A stretch of DNA of 63,714 bases, counting the filler, from Collodictyon triciliatum (taxonomy: Eukaryota): the NCBI GenBank assembly GCA_043381765.1. It is 6 parts of 5 records of this genome, joined end to end, with 100 filler letters (N's around TTAATTAATTAA, not from the genome) between each part and the next. Parts side by side here need not be neighbours in the genome. Positions count along the whole stretch, not along the records: positions 47,552 to 56,838 come from JBHJMP010000923.1; positions 56,939 to 60,832 come from JBHJMP010000954.1; positions 60,933 to 63,714 come from JBHJMP010000954.1; 3 more parts are not named here. One strand, 5' to 3'. Made by a program: the position numbers and the translations under genes. Of the stretch, positions 54,401 to 63,714 are shown in pieces; the first letter of the stretch is position 1, and every line of letters begins with the position of its first letter. A model generated the notes under the pieces. That model saw only the letters and a program-made list of their open reading frames with translations, ran no database searches and was not told the origin of the DNA.

Positions 54401-56640
54401 ATATGGTATAATACAACATGTAATAAATGTTAGTTTGCCAAGAGGGAATTTTTTTCTTCATCATCTATCATTCAATTGAGCCCCTAAAATGTTTCATGAG
54501 ATACTTGTTCGATTACCTCATACTTCTTGAAATCAGGTCGTGGGGTCATCGTTTTCTGAAGAGATTCCATACTACTTTCCAGTGCCGCAATCCGGTCGAT
54601 CGCCTCATTATACATTGTTTTCAATTTATTGTTCGTTGTCTGCAACTGCGTATTCATAGAAAATGCGTTAATACATATGACTTTCACAAGACTTCCTTCA
54701 AGCCACAAAAGATGTTTACAGGTCGGTGAAAAAAAAAAGGATGAAAAATGTAAACTCAACAAGGTGAGTCAGAGGATGGTGTACCGTAAAATATTTTGAC
54801 TTTAGAATCGACAGGGCTTCTTTCTTTTGGTTCAACTCCGCTTGAGCATCTCGCAAGACAGTTTTTGGGACAGAGTCAACTATTCTAAAAAAAAAGTAAG
54901 GCCAAATGAGCCCGTTGATTAGTTCTAAAGGGGAAGTATATGAATCATTCTAACGTGTTGAATGTGAACCTTGATTGCATATCTCGCAGACGGTTCCAAT
55001 GGTCAGTAAAATCGAAACGTGTCTCTTCGTCTAGATTACTAGCTAGGTGCTTTTCCATGCCCATTTCTTTAACTTGGACAGTCACCTTTACAGAGGGTAT
55101 TTATTCTTGACTTCAGAATCGCAGAATATTTCGCATGACAGATCTTTAGAATTCTTAATATATGGAATGATTGTCAATTTGCATATAAAGACAAGAACGA
55201 AATATAACATATACGGATTAAGAAACTATGCCTTGGATGTATAGATAACACAATGCCACGGTGAAACGTTGAAATCTTACCTTTGAAAGGATATCAAGAA
55301 GTTTGACAACACGCAGTCGATAGGCTTCGCATTCACTTTCTGCAGCTTCGACGTCGCCGTAGAGTCCGAAAGTCCTTTCAGATTCTTAAATATAAATTTC
55401 GGTGCTTTAAAAAAATTCAAAGAATAAAAAGACACAACACTTAAAAAAAAAAGAAAGTGATCAATCGAGTAAAATAAACTCAAAAACCTCTTTCTTGCTC
55501 AATTTCAAATCTTTTCCGTTGCTCTGACATTTCTTCGTCTTTTGCTTGTAATTGGGTCCTTTTGTGAATGTGAACCGCATAAGACAGTGGGGAAAAAGTC
55601 TTTTTTGTTTCCACCAAGTGCAAGGTTCTTGTGTCCACAAAAAAGTGCAACTTCGCCATGAAAAATAAACATATTGTAACGAAAGCACTTCTCCTTTACT
55701 TTAATTTCGAAATTTCACGATGCAGGGCTTCGATTTCGTCATCTCTGCTGCTGAATCTTTCGTCAATTCTCATCAATTCTTCGTTTTTGTATTCTCTGTT
55801 TTGATTAAAAAAATTTATTCAACAAATTCTTTTTAAATTAGAAGCGTTTGAATATTATTGTATTTAAAAGTATTTGTAATTGCGAAAACATGATTGCTAG
55901 ATAGATATGTCTCAGCTTTAAAAGTGGTTTGGCATTGAGTGGGCCCACATTTCGTTCTCCAAATGGCGGATGTGTTGGAAATAGGCTGAACAAGGATCTA
56001 CACAACATCGAGCTATACACCTGGTCTGACTAAAAATCGCAGAAATAATGTATCCATGTATAGACAGTAGAGAATCTTCAAATAGCCCGCTATGCTTGAA
56101 GTACTCCTCTGATTTTTTAAATAGTGTTTAAATACACGATGCCAAAGGTATTTATCAGAGAAGACTTTTTTCGAAGGACACGCCCACACTAGTTTACATT
56201 TGAGGTGGGCATACCAAACAAGAAAAAAATGATAGTGTGTAGATACCGAGTAAACCCAGGCATTGCTGAATGAGCGTGTAATCTGGTGATTCATTCCTGG
56301 GCTTCTTTGTAATTGAACTGGCTATTTCGGTGAGCCTTACTTGAAACTGAATGACTGAAAATTAAGGGGAAATATTATCCACTGCAATTAAAGCTACGAG
56401 AACTAAATGAGACACGCGATATATGAATATGCATATTTTCAACAAGGATAGTGATGCCATGGGTGAGTTAATAATGCGAGCACCGACAGAATTGGTGGGT
56501 TCATGAAAAAAAAGGTAGATATCATAAATATATGATGGGATATACTAAACAGTATGTATTCAAGAAATATTACACTGAGAGTTATGCTTCCCTCCATTAT
56601 GGAGTGTGCTGTGGTCCTGGATTGTTGATTTCGAAATTGA
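51500..56640 (-). CDS. TSNAXIP1-like (translin-associated factor X-interacting) multi-exon gene, partial
   Basis: Coiled-coil exons, MTPRPDF, EWGHNIY....Y......IF.K.L...I.ED.Y, FPSKSEEDL and QSPFLELLQDQ resemble conserved TSNAXIP1-family blocks. Boundaries are approximate. Confidence 0.5.
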
Positions 56641-56689
56641 ATCGACTCATCACGCAAAAGAAAACATAACAAATTAAAAAATATATAAG

Positions 56690-56838
56690 AGAGAGAAAGA
56701 GAAAGAGAAAGAGAAAGAGAAACAGAAACAGAAACAGAAACAGAAACAGAAACAGAAACAGAAACAGAAACAGAAACAGAAACAGAAACAGAAACAGAAA
56801 CAGAAACAGAAACAGAAACAGAAACAGAAACAGAAACA
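56690..56838. repeat. Microsatellite (GAAAGA/GAAACA)n at contig end
   Basis: Read directly from sequence. Confidence 0.95.
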
Positions 56839-56939
56839 NNNNNNNNNNNNNNNNNNNNNNNNNNNNNNNNNNNNNNNNNNNNTTAATTAATTAANNNNNN
56901 NNNNNNNNNNNNNNNNNNNNNNNNNNNNNNNNNNNNNNG

Positions 56940-56970
<31 letters not shown>

Positions 56971-56995
56971 TTGTGTTAAACTGTTGCGTGGGTAG

Positions 56996-57240
56996 ACACC
57001 GAACCCTGCTCCTGACTGGCTGGTGAACAAGAACTGGGCTCAAGTACTAGAGCTTTCGAAGCTTTCCGCTTTTGCTGGATTCGAAAAATATTTTGTTTCG
57101 CATGTCAGTGGGTTCAAGCGCATTTTTGACAGCGCTGAGGCACACAAAGAAAAAATTCCAGACCCATGGGGTAGCAAGCTGACGCCATTGCAAAAGATGC
57201 TTGTAAGTACAATCAAAAAAAAAAAAAAAAAAAAAATAGC

Positions 57241-57289
<49 letters not shown>

Positions 57290-60200
57290 CATTATTCATA
57301 AGAAAAGCTTCATGTATTCACCTTTCTCCTTGATTGTGGTTTGGTCATGCTCAATTCTCATCCCCTGATTGGTTTGATTTTTATGAAGAATACGTCTATT
57401 AATCTTCAAACTCCTCTCAGGTTCTTCGATGCTTGCGATTCGATTGTATAGTCGACTCTATTCAAGACTTTGTTACCCTGAATCTTGGCCAACAGTTTAT
57501 TGAACCTCCTACCTTCAATCTTGCCAGCTCTTTCAAAGATGCATCACCAGTCACACCGCTCATCTTCATTCTCTCCGCGGGCGCCGACCCTGCCGCGGAG
57601 TTGTTTAAGTTTGCTGAAGAGATGAGGTTTGGAAAGAAGCTGAATTCGATTTCACTCGGGCAAGGACAAGGTGAGCTCTACGAAGATTCCCATTAGAATA
57701 TTATTCGTTCAAATATTTTTCGATAGAGCCGCAATTCTGAACTCTTTCTTCATAACGTCTATATTATATTCTAACTGATATTGATTGATGCCTAGGTCCC
57801 AAAGCGAAAGAGATGATACACGAAGCTATGGAACACGGGAAGTGGGTAATGCTCCAGAATTGCCATTTAGCATCTTCATGGATGCCAGTCTTGGAGCAAA
57901 TTGTGGATTCGGTGTCGCTTGAAAAAGTACATCGCGATTATCGATTATGGCTGACAAGGTGAGTATATTATTACTTTTGATTATCCATTTCTTCTCCAAT
58001 TATCCTAGAGGTATGCGGTGTGTGTGTGTNNNNNNNNNNNNNNNNNNNNNNNNNNNNNNNNNNNNNNNNNNNNNNNNNNNNNNNNNNNNNNNNNNNNNNN
58101 NNNNNNNNNNNNNNNNNNNNNNNNNNNNNNNNNNNNNNNNNNNNNNNNNNNNNNNNNNNNNNNNNNNNNNNNNNNNNNNNNNNNNNNNNNNNNNNNNNNN
58201 NNNNNNNNNNNNNNNNNNNNNNNNNNNNNNNNNNNNNNNNNNNNNNNNNNNNNNNNNNNNNNNNNNNNNNNNNNNNNNNNNNNNNNNNNNNNNNNNNNNN
58301 NNNNNNNNNTTTTTTTTTTGAAGCAGTCTAACAAATTGTCTATGCAGGAACCTATTCGAGCTTTGATGATAATTTCCTCAATCTGACGAAGAAGACATTT
58401 GTATGGAGAAAGCTGCTCTTCAGCTTATCATTCTTCCACGCCATCATTCTTGAAAGGCGTAAATTTGGTGCCTTAGGTTGGAATATTCCTTACGAATACA
58501 CAACTGGTGATTTGGACATATGCATCCGTCAGCTCCAGGTAATTTAGCAATATTATTCGAAAGTGTCGAAAAAGTAATAGAAACTCTATTAAGGAAAAAG
58601 TGTGATATGATATTTTCTCCAACATGATAGTTACAATTAAAGTGTGTATTTCTATCATGAATGACAGTAATAAAATAAAATAAAAAAACGCGTCAAAAAA
58701 CTCAGATGTTCCTGGATGAATATGAGCAAATTCCATACAAAGTCTTGAAAGAGCTTACCGGACACATAAATTATGGAGGACGTGTCACAGATGACCTTGA
58801 CCGGAGAACCTTGATGAATTTGTTGGAAAGTCACTACAGTCAGGAAGTCCTGAGTGATGACTTCAAGTTTAGTCCAAGCGGGACTTACATGTCTATCAAC
58901 GCTGAGACTAGAAAAGGATACTTGGTAAGCAATTTATGTTATTTTTTTCGGAGCAGATTAATGACGTGTTGTTTCAATCCATCGTAGCAACTACCAAACG
59001 TTATGTAAACCTCTTCTTTTCCTTCTTTTTCACTCTGTGTAGGATTATATTCGTGGCCTTCCCATCAACGATTCTCCTGAGGTCTTTGGACTGCATGAAA
59101 ATGCAAATATCACTTTCGCACAGAACGAAACACGGGTTATATTCGAGGACCTCCTCGCTCTTCAACCAAAGGTTCCGCCCCTAGAAACACACCTTATATG
59201 ATGCTTATATACATACCTAATCTTTAAAATGTCATCGCTTTAGTGCGGATTCTGTTCCTTAAATGGTGTTTGTTTATTTAATTTCCTTCTCTGATAGACT
59301 TCATCTGGCTCTGGACGCAATCGTGATGTCGTCATCAAAGAAACTGCTACGGACATTCTCCAGCGCCTCCCAAACAAATTATCAGAGGAAGAGTCCATTC
59401 GTCGTTACCCCATCTCTCACTTGGAGTCTATGAATACAGTGCTGACTCAAGAGATTATTCGATATAATAAGTATGTATCGATTCACATATACTGATATTC
59501 TTGGAAAATGTAGAGGAGTAACTGAACTGTTTTTTGAAGCACTTATGTCAGTTTTTATGCTTTGCCTCTTTTTTCCATTTTTTTATTTTTATTTTTTTTT
59601 ACTAATCATATGTACAGGCAATCCTAATTCTTCGAATTGAACATAATAGAATCCTTGTAATAATTCGTCGAAGCTTGAATGATTTGCTGAAAGCCCTGCG
59701 CGGCCTTGTAGTGATGTCTCAGGCTCTTGAACAAATGTCCACATCTCTTTACGACAATCAAGTTCCCAAAATGTGGTCAGAAAAGTAAGGCTCAAGTTGC
59801 GTCTACCCTCTGGGCAACTAAACAGTTGAAGTGTTATTAACTTATGTTCCTTTTGATTTTTTTTTTTTTTTTTGTTTGCCTCATTCGTGTTGCTCGTACA
59901 ATTACAAATGACGACATTAAAACAAAGGACGTTAATTCTAGGGCATATCCATCTTTGAAGCCTTTGTCATCATGGGTTGTGGACCTCAAAGAGCGATATG
60001 CATTTATCGAGAACTGGTACAACAAAGGTGTTCCATCAGTATTCTGGATATCTGGATTTTACTTCCCACAGGCTTTCCTCACAGGTTCGTAGGTTGATTT
60101 AGAAATCATCCATCTTACCTGCATATGTGCCGGTGGTTCATTTAGCTGCGACTCCTTTTTTTTCTTTTCCTATTTCGTAATTAAGTATTTCTTGATTATC

Positions 60201-60632
60201 ATGAAAATATATAATCTAATTTATTTAGTGTTGAGACATTTAGGCTAACTAGACCTTCCCTTTTCTTTTTTTCTTTTTTTCTTTTTTCATTTTTTCTTTT
60301 TTTCTTTTTTTTCTTTTTTTTTCTTTTTTTCTTTTTTTCTTTTTTTCTTTTTTTCTTTTTTTCTTTTTTTCTTTTTTTCTTTTGATTCCATTTTGTAATA
60401 CATCTATTATAAAGGAACTCTGCAAAACTATGCCAGAAAGCACTTTGTCCCCATCGACTCGATTGTCTTTACCTTCCGCGTCATGCACTCTGCCGATCCG
60501 ATCTTCTTTACAGAGAAGCCCGAAGAAGGCTGCTACATCAACGGGCTCTTTTTGGAGGGGTCTCAATGGGACTATGAGAACAAATGCCTGACCGAGTCCA
60601 AGCCCAAGGAGCTGTACAGCCCCATGCCTGTG
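56996..60632 (+). CDS. Axonemal inner-arm dynein heavy chain (DNAH1-like), AAA6/C-terminal exons, partial
   Basis: PLIFILSAGADP, ISLGQGQGP, WVMLQNCHLASSWM, INYGGRVTDD.DRR, PEVFGLHENA, FWISGFYFPQAFLTG, GCYINGLFLEG; about 10 exons. Confidence 0.93.
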
Positions 60633-60664
60633 GTAAGCATCCGTGCGATATCCTGTTTTGCAAG

Positions 60665-61251
60665 TGTCTGTCTCTGTCTATGTCTGTCTATGTCTATGTC
60701 TATGTCTATGTCTATGTCTATGTCTTTGTCTCTGTCTCTGTCTCTGTCTCTGTCTCTGTCTCTGTCTCTGTCTCTGTCTCTGTCTCTGTCTCTGTCTCTG
60801 TCTCTGTCTCTGTCTCTGTCTCTGTCTCTGTCNNNNNNNNNNNNNNNNNNNNNNNNNNNNNNNNNNNNNNNNNNNNTTAATTAATTAANNNNNNNNNNNN
60901 NNNNNNNNNNNNNNNNNNNNNNNNNNNNNNNNTAGTTCTTTTAGTTCTTTTAGTTCTTTTAGTTCTTTTAGTTCTTTTAGTTCTTTTAGTTCTTTTAGTT
61001 CTTTTAGTTCTTTTAGTTCTTTTAGTTCTTTTAGTTCTTTTAGTTCTTTTAGTTCTTTTAGTTCTTTTAGTTCTTTTAGTTCTTTTAGTTCTTTTAGTCC
61101 TTTTAGTTCTTTTAGTTCTTTTAGTTCTTTTAGTTCTTTTAGTTCTTTTAGTCCTTTTAGTTTTTTTAGTTCTTTTAGTTCTTTTAGTTCTTTTAGTTCT
61201 TTTAGTTCTTTTAGTTCTTTTAGTTCTTTTAGTCCTTTTAGTCCTTTTAGT
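60665..61251. repeat. Microsatellites (TGTCTA/TGTCTC)n and (TTAGTTCTT)n flanking the 60833-60932 linker
   Basis: Read directly from sequence. Confidence 0.95.
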
Positions 61252-61312
61252 TATTACTTATTTTCTGCTATAATATATAAATATGTATTCATTTTGTTCG
61301 CTCCTGGTTTAG

Positions 61313-63689
<2,377 letters not shown>

Positions 63690-63714
63690 GTATATGTGTT
63701 TCTTTTTGGGGGTG

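Overview
The window is chimeric. Bases 1-37271 are bacterial and Rickettsiaceae-like. They hold a short prophage-like segment (Bet/RecT C-terminus and two putative virion ejection proteins), an IS3 that truncates a large serine recombinase, an IS5 remnant, a Cro-like HTH gene, a rickettsial-plasmid-type DnaA_N-domain replication protein, and a CE-clan (Ulp1/C48) protease-autotransporter gene split by an IS701 (TIRs and 5-bp TSD visible). A near-complete F-type conjugation cluster follows: pilin-traL-E-K-B-V-C-trbI-traW-[Ti-type traD pair]-traU-trbC-traN-F-H-G-[convergent membrane gene]-SLT-yhcG-traD. The most striking feature is traN. It is split into one C-terminal gene and three tandem N-terminal paralogs that share conserved flanks but carry largely unrelated central (tip-like) segments, a possible recipient-range cassette array. 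Bases 37372-63714 are intron-rich DNA of a flagellated eukaryote: a Kelch-CUB-TM-pseudokinase-degenerate cyclase receptor, a TSNAXIP1-like gene, an axonemal dynein heavy chain 3' region and ELP3. These pieces are separated by artificial 100-bp N/TTAATTAATTAA linkers and microsatellites. All family calls come from recognising motifs by eye; no searches were run.
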